This document shows, one piece after another, positions 43,963 to 57,375 of a stretch of DNA of 64,000 nt (its first letter is position 1; every line of letters begins with the position of its first letter). This DNA comes from Chrysomallon squamiferum (taxonomy: Eukaryota > Animalia > Mollusca). The translations under genes were made by a program, and so were the position numbers. The stretch lies in the NCBI GenBank assembly GCA_012295275.1, contig CM022667.1:15686001-15750000 (forward strand), given 5' to 3'. The notes under the pieces are model-generated. The model did no database searches. It was given only the letters and a program-made list of their open reading frames with translations, and had not been told where the DNA came from.

Positions 43963-44782
43963 TTATTACAAATTACAACGATTTTCTTAATTCTTTGCTT
44001 ACATACTGAAGATTTTTATACTTAAATCAAAACCACACATTATTTCCTTTAAAAATCACATATTTAATTTGAGTCATCCTTTATTTTCTTTCTTTTCCTC
44101 TCTTATTCATATTTTCTTTTTACCAAGATTCTATATACATTAATATAAGAAAAATCTTTTTTTTCTCTTTTTAATAATCGAAGAAGTAAAAAGGTACGAA
44201 CGCCAGCAAACAGAAAAAAAAGAAACAGATTAAAAGAAGTCTTGCTAATCCCTCACCGGCTACTGTTTGCAGTTCCATTATCTATAATCATCAGCTTTGA
44301 TCGTGAAGATTTGTCAATCAGGAAATTAAAATCTTTAAATACACATCTCTCATGTTTTCAGACATGAAAAACCGCGTTTTATAATCAGTTTGCAAAGTGA
44401 AATTTACAAGTTCAAGCCGGTCCCGTTATTTTATGTTCATTTCTTTTTTTTTTTTTTTTTTTTTTTTTCTTTTTTTTTGTCTCTGACTGCACTTCGCTAA
44501 TTTCTTTTGGTCAGTTTCATTTGAATGAATGACCGTTTTGTTTATCGATTTCGTAGAGGTAATTTCGGAGTTGTCGTTCTTGCCGTGAAATATTGCCCGT
44601 TGGCTTGTCTGGTCGCGTTTTCTTGCGGGCTGCTGTGTGCACTTTGCTGTTAGTTTGTTTTAAGACGTCTTTGATTCTGGTATAGCAGACAGGTTTAGTT
44701 TGTTTCAATGAATCACTGATAATGCATCAAAAAATACATTGGTTGCCAATACAAAACAAGATAATAGTAATAATAATAATAA

Positions 44783-44813
<31 letters not shown>

Positions 44814-45319
44814 AAGAAGAAGAATAACAATACTACTACTAATAATGATGATCATGATGACGAAGATGATAATAATAATAATAATTATGATAATAATAGT
44901 AATGATGATGATGATACTACTACTAATAGTAATAATTTCGATGATGATGATGATGATGACAACAACACCAACAATAGCAATACAGTCATTTAGAAGAATG
45001 TAAAATGCCTGGCATATTTTAAAAAGTCATAATATATTCTTAACAATGATGTTTTCAATATAAAACAAAGTATCTTTTATAAATATGTAAAATGTTTTCG
45101 CAATACCAGTAAGGGTGACTTTGCAGTGTTTTACTTAATATGAAAATATAACTTCTATTTATCGCTTAGTAAAGTAATCACTTGAAAGTGTTCACGCACA
45201 CACGCACGCACTCACAAACACAGATATTTATGCTAAAGCATACAAACTTTATTTGTTCGTCCAGTCATAAACACATTTTAACATCATACAAATAACACAG
45301 TATTTTGATCTATACATAA

Positions 45320-45625
45320 CTCATTTATTCTCTTAACTTGTTATTCATATACAAAACTTACTTGATCGTTTAAATTGATATTGTTAGACAAAACTTACCT
45401 GTTATGTTAAATTGTTTTACTTAGACAAAACGTACTGCTTCTAATAAACTGTTATTCGAATACAAAACGTATTTGTTAAGTTAATTTGTTTTAGTAAAAT
45501 TCTTCTGTTAAATTGTTCTGTTAAATTATTATTAGTATAAAAAATGTACTTGTTCTGTTAAGTTAATTTTAGTATACAAAACTTACTTCTGTAAAATTGT
45601 TATTGGCATAACAAAACTTACTTGG
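45320..45625. repeat. Degenerate minisatellite, unit about 34-36 bp, about 8 copies
   Basis: ACAAAACTTACTTGTTCTGTTAAATTGTTATTAG-like units. Confidence 0.8.
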
Positions 45626-46187
45626 CTGATTTCGAGAAAAGCAAAATATATTCAGACGTTTGGATCGTAACAATGGCAAAAACATAAATTCTATTTAGGC
45701 TGTTATTATTAGTAGCAATAGCAATAGTAGTATAGTGGGAGTAGTACAGTAATAGTCATACTGGTAGTAGGTAGTAATAGTAATAGTAGTAATAATAGTA
45801 GTAGCAGTGGCAGTAGCAGTAACAACGGTAGCAGTAGTAACAGTATTGCTTATTTATTTATATTCAAAAATTTTATTTTTAATTTTTGTTCTTTTGTCTT
45901 TCTTTTTTTCCCCACTCCACATACGATACACTTTTAGAGTGACACGCTTTTAGAAGGAGAGGTGGAATGGCATTTCGTCGATACTTACTGCAAGCAGTGA
46001 ACTAAAAACACAAGTACCTGTCAATTATTCTGAGTTCTATTGGACAGAGAGAGTATTTGTTACAATGAAATGTGATTGGAAATATCATATCTGGTCTGAA
46101 GATGATGCGGCTTGCTCTGGAATCGATGCAGCTAATCGGATTTCACGGCTGCTGTCTTGAGACAACCGCGCGACTGAAGGAGAAAAT

Positions 46188-46462
46188 AAAATACACCTGT
46201 TCCTGGTCCGCGGTTCACAAACCTGTCTCCGGCCCGTAAGCGGATAGCGTTTCGGTTTCAGGTGATATTGGGGAGGTTTAACTTCTTTTGTGTTTTACGT
46301 CCGTATTTCTAAAATAGACACCTGCCCGTAAGAAGATAGTGTTTGGGGTTTTAAGATATTTGGGGTTTTAACTGCTTTCTTTCTTCTTCTTGTTTTTTAT
46401 TTTTTTAGCTCCGTGTTTCTGAAATAGACACCTGTCCACATGACGATAGTATTTCGGATTTA
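46188..46462. repeat. Diverged 90-110-bp tandem triplication
   Basis: TCCGT(A/G)TTTCT(A/G)AAATAGACACCTG at 46300 and 46410; GCCCGTAAG..GATAG.GTTT.GG at 46232 and 46324, with a weaker third copy at 46434. Confidence 0.75.
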
Positions 46463-46519
46463 GGAAAAATCTCATTATTTATTTTCTTCTTATAAAAGAA
46501 ATAGGTTAAGTTATGATTA

Positions 46520-46571
<52 letters not shown>

Positions 46572-46766
46572 GTTTATTTGCAAGTGAAATCCTGTGTCCA
46601 TTGACGACTTAACTATTTATTTTTTTATTTATATTTTTATTTATTATTTTGCATGTTTGTTTGATTATTTTGTTTGTTTGTTTGTTTGTTTGCATGTTTG
46701 CATAATTGTTATTTATTTATTTGTTTATTTATTACTTTTAAAGTGACAGAAAATATCTCTCTGTGT

Positions 46767-46812
<46 letters not shown>

Positions 46813-47059
46813 ACACACACACACACATTTTCATTTTGCATCAGCTTTAATTAACAGTTTCTTGTTTTCGTGCTCTTGAGATTATTAATTAATTAGATGA
46901 AAACAATTTAACTAAAGACCACGTTACCATCCCACTTATAGGCTCTGTTTTTTAAACAACTTTTAGTAATGATTTCCGAACGGATAGGAAAAGAATATAA
47001 ATTTGTATCATACTGTAAATCAGTCTTTTAAAATGTATCTAAGTATCAAAATTAAATAA

Positions 47060-47400
47060 CGAGGTAGATAGACAGAATGACAGATTTACAGACACCGAGA
47101 CAAGTAGACAGGTAGACATACATACAGACAGACAGACAGAAGGAAAGATAGATAGATGGATAGATAGATAAATAGATAGACAGATAGACAGATGGGCGGA
47201 CATATAGACAGACAGACAGACAGATAGACAGATGGACAGACGGATAGAGAGATAGACATATAGAAGACAGACAGATTCACAGATAGATAGAGAGAAACTT
47301 AGATGGGGAAACAGACAGACAGGCAGAGAGAGAGAGACAGAGACAGAGAGAAAGATAACCAGAGGATATAAAAGTATAAAGAGTGACAGAAAGACGTGAC
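47060..47400. repeat. Degenerate (GACA)n/(GATA)n tract
   Basis: Direct reading. Confidence 0.9.
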
Positions 47401-47973
47401 AAACAGAACGATAAGGGAAGAAACAAAGACATAAATTCAGATCTACAAACAGAAACAGAGGATGAGAGAAACATAAAAACTTCAAAATGAAAGAGTAACT
47501 GAATATGAAACTTTAAAAAGAGGACGTAGGTAAATTCAGTAATAGACTAAAAAAAGGAAAAGAATGTTTACAAAAATCAGTTAATATTTGCACACCTTTA
47601 GTAGGCTGGTTTGAAAAAAAAACCACCTGTTTTTGTTCACTGCACGAACAAATTTATCCAAAAAGGAAATTAACCGATGTAGTTTAGAATTTAAAAAAAA
47701 TTTCTTTGGGACCGAAAGGAAGTAATTTCATTAATATAAATGTAAAATCCGCCATCCATAGTGAAATATTTATAGCAATAAGTAAGAGAATAGAAACACC
47801 GCCGGCGATATTTCGTGGGGAACATTCGTAATTTTCTTTTTAATGTGATTGTCCAGACGGACAAAACAGTTAGGTAATTATCTTTTATGTTCATCGAATA
47901 TTCATAACTGATTCCCTTGTAATTTGTTTATTTCATGTATCATTTTAGAATTTTTTTTTTTTTTTTTTTAAAA

Positions 47974-48036
<63 letters not shown>

Positions 48037-49060
48037 ATTATTTTAAATTGGGGTAAATGGCATTTTCGGTAAATCGCTGAAGGTTTGTTGTAATGTTACT
48101 GCATATTTTGTTATTAGCAAAGATGAGCATTTCTGTGAAAAAAGAAAGTATTCATCTTGAAATATACAAAATACGTTAATGTTACTACTGTCTGTACACT
48201 TTGACTATAACATCAAAGGAAATGATACTGACTTTTTCAGAAATCGTAGTTTGTTATTTCCTTCAAAAATAATTAAAATGAAAAAATATTTCATTTTACC
48301 ATTTGAAAATCAGAATTCTGGTATTTATTATAGCAGTCTGTTTATTTATTTATTTATTTATTTATTTATTCATTCATTCATTCATTCATTCGTTCGTTCG
48401 TTCTTTTATTTATTCATTTAAAAATTAATTTTATTATTATTATCATTAACCTTTTTCTTCCTCCAATAAACATGTTATTATTGATTGCCTTCGTATTTTA
48501 TTTTTATTTTATTTATATTTTTATTTTAGTTTCATTGTTGTCTTTCACAATAGTCGTAATTCCATAGATTTCATCCTAAATCCTGATTAACTTTCCTAGA
48601 AAAATCTATGATTTAATTTCTTATTTACTTATAACGTACGAAAGAATACAGGTAATTCTTTGTTTGAGGTTGGATATATTTTGCCTAAACAAAAAAAAAT
48701 ATGACGAAGCGACCTGATAGTAAATTAATGAATTCCGACATTCTGGCTCTTTTCTTATTTGCTTACTTACTTACTAGTTGGTTTTCTTTTTCGTATTTTT
48801 AAAAAAAATTTTTTATTTATTTATTTACTTATTAACTCATATTTTTTCTGTAAATTATTTATTTATTTATGGGAGTGTATATTTATTTGTTGATTTATTC
48901 GTTAATGTATGTGTGTGTGTGTGTGTGTGTGTATTTTGCTTTTGATGTTCAAAATATCTAGACTTAAAAAAACACACACTATAAAAATAATAAACTTTGA
49001 AAATCATTGGCTTGTTCTCTTTACCTTTTAAAACTTTTTCACTATTTTGTTCACCTCTGA

Positions 49061-49092
<32 letters not shown>

Positions 49093-51915
49093 ATCCTTCC
49101 TGTAATATTTTTTCTTAAAATTATTTATACAAGCTCTTTTATGGTTTCAGTCAACATGTTTTCCTCAAGATCAAAAGAAAATTTACTGTCATTAAACCGG
49201 ATTTGAACTCATTACGATCCGCTCGCAGCTGCTGTCATGTATCAGCCTTTCTTAATTTCCTGGTGTATTTTATCGAGGAGCATGTCAGTTAACGAAAATT
49301 ACTTAACTGTTTACATTCATTCGCAGCAGGTGCAAAAACTCTTATCAGCTTAATTAAAGCTAAAGTATCTTATGATCCCGTTATTCGATATTTCGTCTGT
49401 TTATTTGGAGGAATTTGGCCAAGAAGAATAAAAGGTTATTATTATCACTTTCATATGTGATGGTTATTTATAATTAATGATATTCGTAAAGGAGACAAAC
49501 TGGTTTCCTCCCAGCATGAATGAGAATTATTCGCTCATAATTACATGATATTAATTTCTAATGAAGTAATTTGCTATCCAGATACACACCAGCGATAGTT
49601 TTAGGATCAGTTCTAGTCAGTGTATTCACTAGATTTCTTCTCTTTCCATCATGCCACACTAAATGGTTGCCAAAGATCAAGATTGGTGCTTTCCTATTTG
49701 TGAAAAACAAAATTTCATTAAGGTCTGTTTGAATTTCACCACCATTTTCATCCGTTCTCTACAGTTACTTCCCAATACCTCTGTTTTTTCTATCCATCAC
49801 CAGCACTTTCTACCTTCACAACCCATCACCCCATCGTTATGTTTGTTCCTGATTGTTAAATGCTTCTACCTCAACAACCACCTCCCTACATCCACTTTAC
49901 CTTTTAAGACATCATTGTCCTCTTAGTTATCTACCTAATTATCATTTTACCTATCCCCATTGCTCCAGCCTAATCATAAATCTTACAGATAATTTTTACT
50001 TCCCCAAAGCACCTCCCTACTTTCCTTGTTCATCCGTTAACTCGCCCCATCCCAGCTTTCCATCCCTTTCTAAAGCTATTTCAACGATTTCTCCAGAAAG
50101 GAGAGTGTTTTCATTAAAAGAATCGGCCGTTAAAGAGAAACGCAAACTCGACACAAACCACTTGAAACCAATACCAGTGTTTTCCCTTCGCTCGCTTGCA
50201 AAGCCGATATAAGCAAACACGGCGCGAAACTAGCTTTTTCAGACAAGGCCATTCTTTGATAGAAACCGCGACTCCCAGATCCGCACTGCACATACAGACA
50301 AGTGAGGATCTGATGACGATGAAAATCAACAAACTTGACACGTACAGCGCATCACAAGAAGAGTAATTTCACTAAAAACACCAGTCAATTCTTTCAAATG
50401 AAATTCGTCACCCATGCCACGGATACGGGGGTCAGCACAAACGCTTTAAAACCGTCTTAACTGAATCAGTGACAAGATCGTAAACTCTGTCAGTTTCCAA
50501 TACAGACAAGTGTGTTTGATCAGCAATTTCCTAACGATTGGCCTCTCTTGAACCTGAAACCTGAACCATCCGTAGTCGAACATTCATCAACGGCAGTGAG
50601 AGAGAGAGAGAGATGTTAAAAGCTTTAAATTTGTCTTCTTGTTTTCGTTTCGGTTTTAATTTCCTGTTTTCTTCATAGTTTTTTTTTTTTTATTGAAAAA
50701 AGTGAAAGAAGTAAATGAAGGTGTGTATGTGTGTTCATTAGGAACAGAGCGAAGATACACACAGATTTAAACAGATACAAACACAAATATACACACACAG
50801 AAGAGGAAAGAGATTGATACAGTCAGATAGATTAGAAAAACAGACAGAGCTAGATAGATAGATAGACAAACAGAAAGGTATGGGTAGAAAGAGAGAGGAC
50901 GAGACTGAGAAATATTTAAAGCAAGAAGAAATATTTAAAGCAAGAGAAACTGTAAGAAGAAGAAATCTTCGATATAGACAGACATTCTAGGACAAAAAAG
51001 ACAGGTAGAAATCTCTACGTAAGAACAGTTTATTTATATATCAAGCAAGTTTATATATCTTCTTTAAAAGCCGTTTCGATTTATTTATTTATTTATTTAT
51101 TTATTATTCATTTATTGATCAATCAATCGATTCATCGATTAATTTATTCAATCCTTCAAGCTCTCATATTATATAAAATCAATTTTTCATGGATAAATAA
51201 TTTATTGTTAAAGAACTGGAAATAAAACAGCGAAAATATAAAACAGAAAAAGAAAAAAAACTTTCTACAAAAACAGATCCTTCAACTACTTACCAAGGGC
51301 CGTAACTAAGCCGGCGAAGCTGTTCCCTTAACTTCGTTTCATTCCGTACCAAACCGGCACCTCTTTTGTCAGTTATAATTCCGGCCGAAAGATCGCGAGG
51401 GTCCAACTTTTTAAAGTGATTCCATCAAGTTGAGAGGACCTCTTCCCAATAAAATGTCAGACAGATTAATTGAGTTTTTCTTCGTGTTTAAAGTTTATCC
51501 TGCTTGATTGATTGGAGTCAGAACGAGCTGATCTTAAACTCCTAACGCACAGCGAACATTGATGAACCAAGTTAATTATCTTGAACTTCAATAGCGACGT
51601 TATCTGTCAAACAGAGAGGTTTTCAAAACCTGTACCAGGCTTTTATTGGGCAAATTTATCACAGGCAATGTAGAAATGGTAAGAAACAATCTGATAAGGG
51701 ATGGTAAATTTCGTGGTATATGTTCACTGTATGAATTTATCATTTTTTGATATACGATAGTAAATGTTACGGCATTAGTCAAAGAAAAGATTCAAAATCA
51801 TCAATCTTTTATTGTTCTAGTTAATCAATAATAGTGTTGAATAGAACAGCATTAATAAAACATAATCGAGCATTTCGCACAAACAAACACGTACACACAT
51901 ACACAAACACATTCG

Positions 51916-52017
<102 letters not shown>

Positions 52018-53303
52018 AACACACATAAATACAAATACATACACACTTATACAGACACATTATTTCTCTTTCTTTTTCTCTCTCTCATACACACAACATA
52101 TACACACACAGACACATAAACATAAACACACACACATACGCTTGTTTTATTAGTCAAAGGGGATTTAAAAACGAAAGCAATATTTTGTTAAACAGACAAA
52201 ATGATTATACAGTCAGGAATATTTTCTGTATATAAATTCATCATGTGAATTATTTATTTAAAAAAAAAAAAAAATGGTATTAAAAAAAAAATAATAAAAT
52301 AAAATAAATAATAAAGCAAACACGCAAACAAACAAAATTTCTCTGAAAAAACTGAAACAGTTTTAATAAGCAAGAACTAGGATTTTGGAAACATTTTTGT
52401 AAAAGCATTTGTTCTATCATTTTATTATTAGAAATATCAAACATCTAGCCACGATAAAACGTGTTAAAAACGTTAAAATACCGTCTTAGTATTACTACTG
52501 TTATTGTCGTTCTTGCTGTTATCATCATTATAATTATCATCGATATCACCATCATCACTGACATCATCATTTTACTGCATGAACTGATTATGTGAGATGT
52601 ACAAGAGAAAAGAATAATAAAACATGTGCCAGCCTTGTAGAAGTTCAGTCTTTGAAAATGTTATTTATTTATTTATTTATTTGTTCGTTTGTTTTCTGTT
52701 TGTCTTTTTGCTTTGTTTGTTTGTTTGTCTGTTTGTCTGTCTGTTTGTTTGTTTGTTTGCTTGTTTATTTATTCAAAATTTATTTTTTATATTTTAATAT
52801 TTATTTATTCATTTATTTATCCATAATTTATTATAATTATTTTTACATTTGAATATATTTAATATATCTGTTTATCTGATTCTCGAAAAAATTAATTGAT
52901 TAAACGGCAACAAATTCTAAATTATTACAACAATTCTTCGCCACGTGAAACACAAAAAAATATTCTCCACATTCCCAGGAGGATGTCTGACACTCTATCC
53001 CTCTAACAGTCTGTCATCATAGCAACCAGAACGGGATCTGGTAACTTGTGTTTGGAACAAGAGTTAGCACTTTATTTTTTTTACCATGAAGTCTTTTAGC
53101 ATGTTTATTTGCTCGGATGTTTTTGTTTTTTTTGATCGAAGATCGAGATAAAGGTGTCCAGTGTGTGAATCTGTTGTTGCAATCATTTACGTTTAACAGA
53201 AAGCTTTTATTTGTAAAGGAAATGTTACCGCTGTAGGCGAAAAATATTATGGATTGGAGGTGATTGTTTATAATAATAATGGCAATTGTAATAAAAATAA
53301 ACG

Positions 53304-53421
53304 TTTCATTTTACACATGGGAGTTATGAACACACATATGCAGACACGTACAGAAACAGACGCACACCAACAGTACAGAAACACACACACATACACACAC
53401 ACGCACATAATATACGTAAAT

Positions 53422-53491
<70 letters not shown>

Positions 53492-53845
53492 AACATTCAG
53501 TTTTAAACGCTCACTGAATTTGATTAGAATTGACCTTAGTCTGTCACAGCATCGTTCTCCTTCAATCCAAACTTACCTCATGACGTAACAATGGATTTAT
53601 TAGCGTTACTACACGATTTCATATTATGACGTCATGACAATGAAAGGAAAGGTTTGGTATAGTCCTTGGACGTCTCGATAAAAGTACTTTTGCTCTAAAT
53701 GCTGGTCGGGATATATTTATTTTATTGATGTTAATGCAAGAAAATACTCGTAGATGCTATTAAATGGCCAAATGAGCTTAGTTTTCTTTTTCCAGTGCAA
53801 GATTTTGTGTTCGTCTTACATTTCATTTTACACATGGGAGGTATG
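53304..53845. repeat. 25-bp direct repeat pair (24/25 identical), 517 bp apart
   Basis: TTTCATTTTACACATGGGAG(T/G)TATG at 53304-53328 and 53821-53845. Confidence 0.85.
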
Positions 53846-53953
53846 TAATAAACATTGTATTATTTAATACTGCAACAGATATTCCAGCAGCTCTATTGAT
53901 AAGGAGGACAATTTATATATAACATAAAAGGTAGATTTAAACTTATATATACA

Positions 53954-53987
<34 letters not shown>

Positions 53988-54275
53988 TTTCAAACTGACT
54001 TCTTACATTTTGTATGTTCTCTTTTTGTTTATGTTAATAACAGGAAAACAAACGACAGCGTTTCATAACACACTGATCTCAATGAGAGTTTATCAGCAAA
54101 AGATTTATAATTTCAGTTCTTCGTGAATAAATCCTATAGCTAAAAAATACTTTCTATTATGTCAAACAGTTGTCTGTTGTTGTCTCCTAATAAGATTTCT
54201 GTTTTCTCTTTTTTCTTTATGATAATGATAATGATGATGATGATGATGATGATAATAATAATAATAATAATAATA

Positions 54276-54349
<74 letters not shown>

Positions 54350-55226
54350 TTATTAATTGGTTAGTAGATTCCCACCACCCCCCGGACATCACAGGACATT
54401 CAGTCACCGGTATGGCAGGTGTGTTTATCACGAAGTACCGCAAAAGACGAACATCTACCGCAGCTGGCGCATGAAAAAGGTAAAAAAACCACAAAGGGTC
54501 ATAAAAATTACTTTATTTCGTCGGGATTTTCCATTAACTTACGAATGATTAATTTGCCTAATGCATTTCACCTGACTCCATCCATTAATATCCAATATCT
54601 AGTCGGTAGATATGTAGATAACAACACGGAATTCGATACAATGGGATTAATTTGTTTAATGTGTGACAGCATTAATGCGCTTTTCGCTGATTAATTTCAT
54701 CTCATCTGTTTCAGATTTTAATATTCTTCGTCTCGGTTTTGCAAAAGAAAAATTAGATAAACGCATCTAATATCGCGAGCAGGCATTTTGCTTAGAGAAG
54801 GCTATATATATATATATATATAGAAGCTTGCGTTCAGCAGATTTAAATCAGTTTAATACCGAAGTGAATTATGGGATACGAATGTTCATTGGAGGAATTT
54901 TTTTTTTTTTTTTTTTTTTCTGACGTAAGCATTATCCGTATTTGTTACAGAGTTTGAACTTCGTAAACATTGAAGTAAATTACTGATTAACGAAATCACT
55001 GGTTTTATTCACGTGGAAAATAAGATTTTAAAATTATTTCGTCTTTCTGTCTTTAATTCTTTCATTCGTTTCTTTGCTGACGAAATTTTACTAAATCTTT
55101 AATTTAGTCGTGTTTCTAGCTCATTAGACTAATTCAGAGATATGTAACTTTCTAACCTTAAAACAACTTTAATTAAAATTTGAAATCAAAACGAAGAAGA
55201 AGAAGAAGAAGAAAAAGAAGAAGAAA

Positions 55227-55257
<31 letters not shown>

Positions 55258-55664
55258 AGATAATGATGATGATAAGGAGGAGGTGGAGGAAAACATTTTC
55301 AAGATTAAATTTTTAGTCCTTAATATTTCCATAATTTGTGACCTGCTCTGTCTTTTTATTTATCCGTTTCATTAAACATTATTCCACGTGCAGTTTTGGA
55401 CGTCCATTAGCTAATATGAGTAAGTCATAAAAATCCAGTGTAAAAAAATCAACAAAAAAAAATCATTGACTCAGGTCGTGAAATAATACTGAGGCGACAG
55501 AGAGCTCAGTCTTTCGTGCATTTTCTACCCAGTCAGTTACCGCATGCATGGCAAAACTCAAAGTATTCTAATTCCAAGACTTTATACGTCAGATATACTG
55601 TTTATATAATAATGAGAATGACAATGAATGGTAGCTATAGAAACCGGCTACTCTAACGATTAAG

Positions 55665-55693
55665 ATATTATTATCATTGTTATTATGATTATG

Positions 55694-55724
<31 letters not shown>

Positions 55725-55728
55725 GTAT

Positions 55729-55805
<77 letters not shown>

Positions 55806-55921
55806 CTAGTAGTAGTAATAGACGTTCTAACAGCTGAGAGAAGAGACTAAGGGGGAATAGTGACAAACTAATTGAGATAATAAAACAACACATTTTATTT
55901 CATAAGATTATAAATTTACAG

Positions 55922-55984
<63 letters not shown>
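55665..55984. repeat. (ATT)n, (TAG)n and (TAA)n microsatellite cluster
   Basis: Direct reading. Confidence 0.9.
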
Positions 55985-55986
<2 letters not shown>

Positions 55987-56972
55987 GTAAAAAGAGATGA
56001 AGAAAATAATTAAAAAGTAAGAATTTTTTTTTTATCTCATACAATTATTTTATGAATAGCCAAAATTCAGTTGCCATGATAATAGCTGTGAATAAGAACA
56101 GCTTCTTTTTCAAAATTCTGGCGTTATTCCATGAACAGAAATGTGGAACACAAAGAAAAACAAATAAAGAAAAATAAATAGGTAAATAAATAAAAAATAA
56201 ATGATTTTAAATTTTAGAACTATGTTATAAAAAAATAAATAAATAAATAAAAATTAACCAATGGAACTTGGACGGACATATATATATATAAAATATATTG
56301 TATTAAAATGTTCTAATTCAACAGAAAAATATAAAATAAAATTAAATTAAAAATAAAAATAAATGTAAGTAACCGTTGTATCAAACCAGATAAAATATGC
56401 TATATGCTTAAAAATGATTTATCTCCCTTGGATTAAAAACACAGTCTGTGGGACGTACTCAAGTCAAAACAGGTTTTTCTCTAATTACAAAATCAATCTA
56501 AAAACCGAGTCAAAAAATTAATCCATAATAAACTTGACCTGAGGCATATCACTGAGTTTTTGTTTTCCTTTCTTAAGGGAAATACATCAAAGTGTAATCG
56601 TCTCCATTTTTAACAATACAGGTACGCATGTAATTGAATAAATGTAGCTTAGTTTGCACCTTAATTGTACTTAAGCCTTCTATCTTTTATATCCTCCTTC
56701 CTAAGGCATTTGCAAAGTTACCATGGTCTGTGGGAACCGTTCTTTATTTATTTACTTATTATTTACTTATTTTAAACGAATTTCATCAATAGATAATACA
56801 AGCTTCTAGATTTATATACATTTTAATTTTTAGAATAATAATAATAGTAATAATAATAAATTTTAAAAAATGAAACAAATAAATAAGTATATGAAAAAGT
56901 AAAACTAAAACTGAGTAAACACACAAACGATCAAAGGTTTTTAAAAAGAGAAGCATATAAACGATTAAAAAA

Positions 56973-56978
56973 TTTATT
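56973..56978 (-). other. Candidate polyadenylation signal (AATAAA) for the fucosyltransferase-like gene
   Basis: First AATAAA I found on the minus strand downstream of the stop (about 400 nt). Others occur, e.g. 56748-56743, and the hexamer is common in AT-rich DNA. Confidence 0.25.
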
Positions 56979-57375
56979 TTTAAAAATACATAATTATTTT
57001 TAATAACAGCAATATAAAATTATAGATTTGTGCAAATAAATAGTTTTGTGCTAAAATGAAGTGGGCTTGGCATGAATTTACTTCTTCTAGTAAGGTAGAA
57101 TTAAAAATATTTAATATCAATAACAATAATCTCTTTCTTTTTGTTCTTTCTTTGATTTTTCGTGTATTGTTTGTTATATTTTGTCCTTTTCCCTCTGAAA
57201 GCATTAACGTTTTCATAAGACATTCATTACACAGCCGTCAATTTAAATAAATAAGTTAATGTTATGTTTGTACCTGGCTATACCACAGAGATTACGTGTG
57301 TGTCTGATGGTATGTGCACAGGTATTATTTGTGAGAGTGATTATGCTTTCATGAGGACTATCATTCCAGCTGTTA

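Noticed and set aside
47846-47866. TGATTGTCCAGACG resembling miR-219
   Set aside because: The match breaks down after about 14 nt and no complementary star arm follows.
49195-49215. Minus-strand GTTCAAATCC Pol III B-box (tRNA or SINE); also GGATCGAGTCCC at about 34956
   Set aside because: No A-box at proper spacing and no cloverleaf.
49650-50070. C/T-skewed block with 87- and 119-aa ORFs as a possible LINE fragment
   Set aside because: No reverse transcriptase or endonuclease motifs in the frames I read.
53571-53579. Strong minus-strand donor GAG|GTAAGT (another at about 45393 inside a minisatellite)
   Set aside because: A few such octamers are expected by chance in 128 kb of both strands; no supporting acceptor, ORF or promoter.
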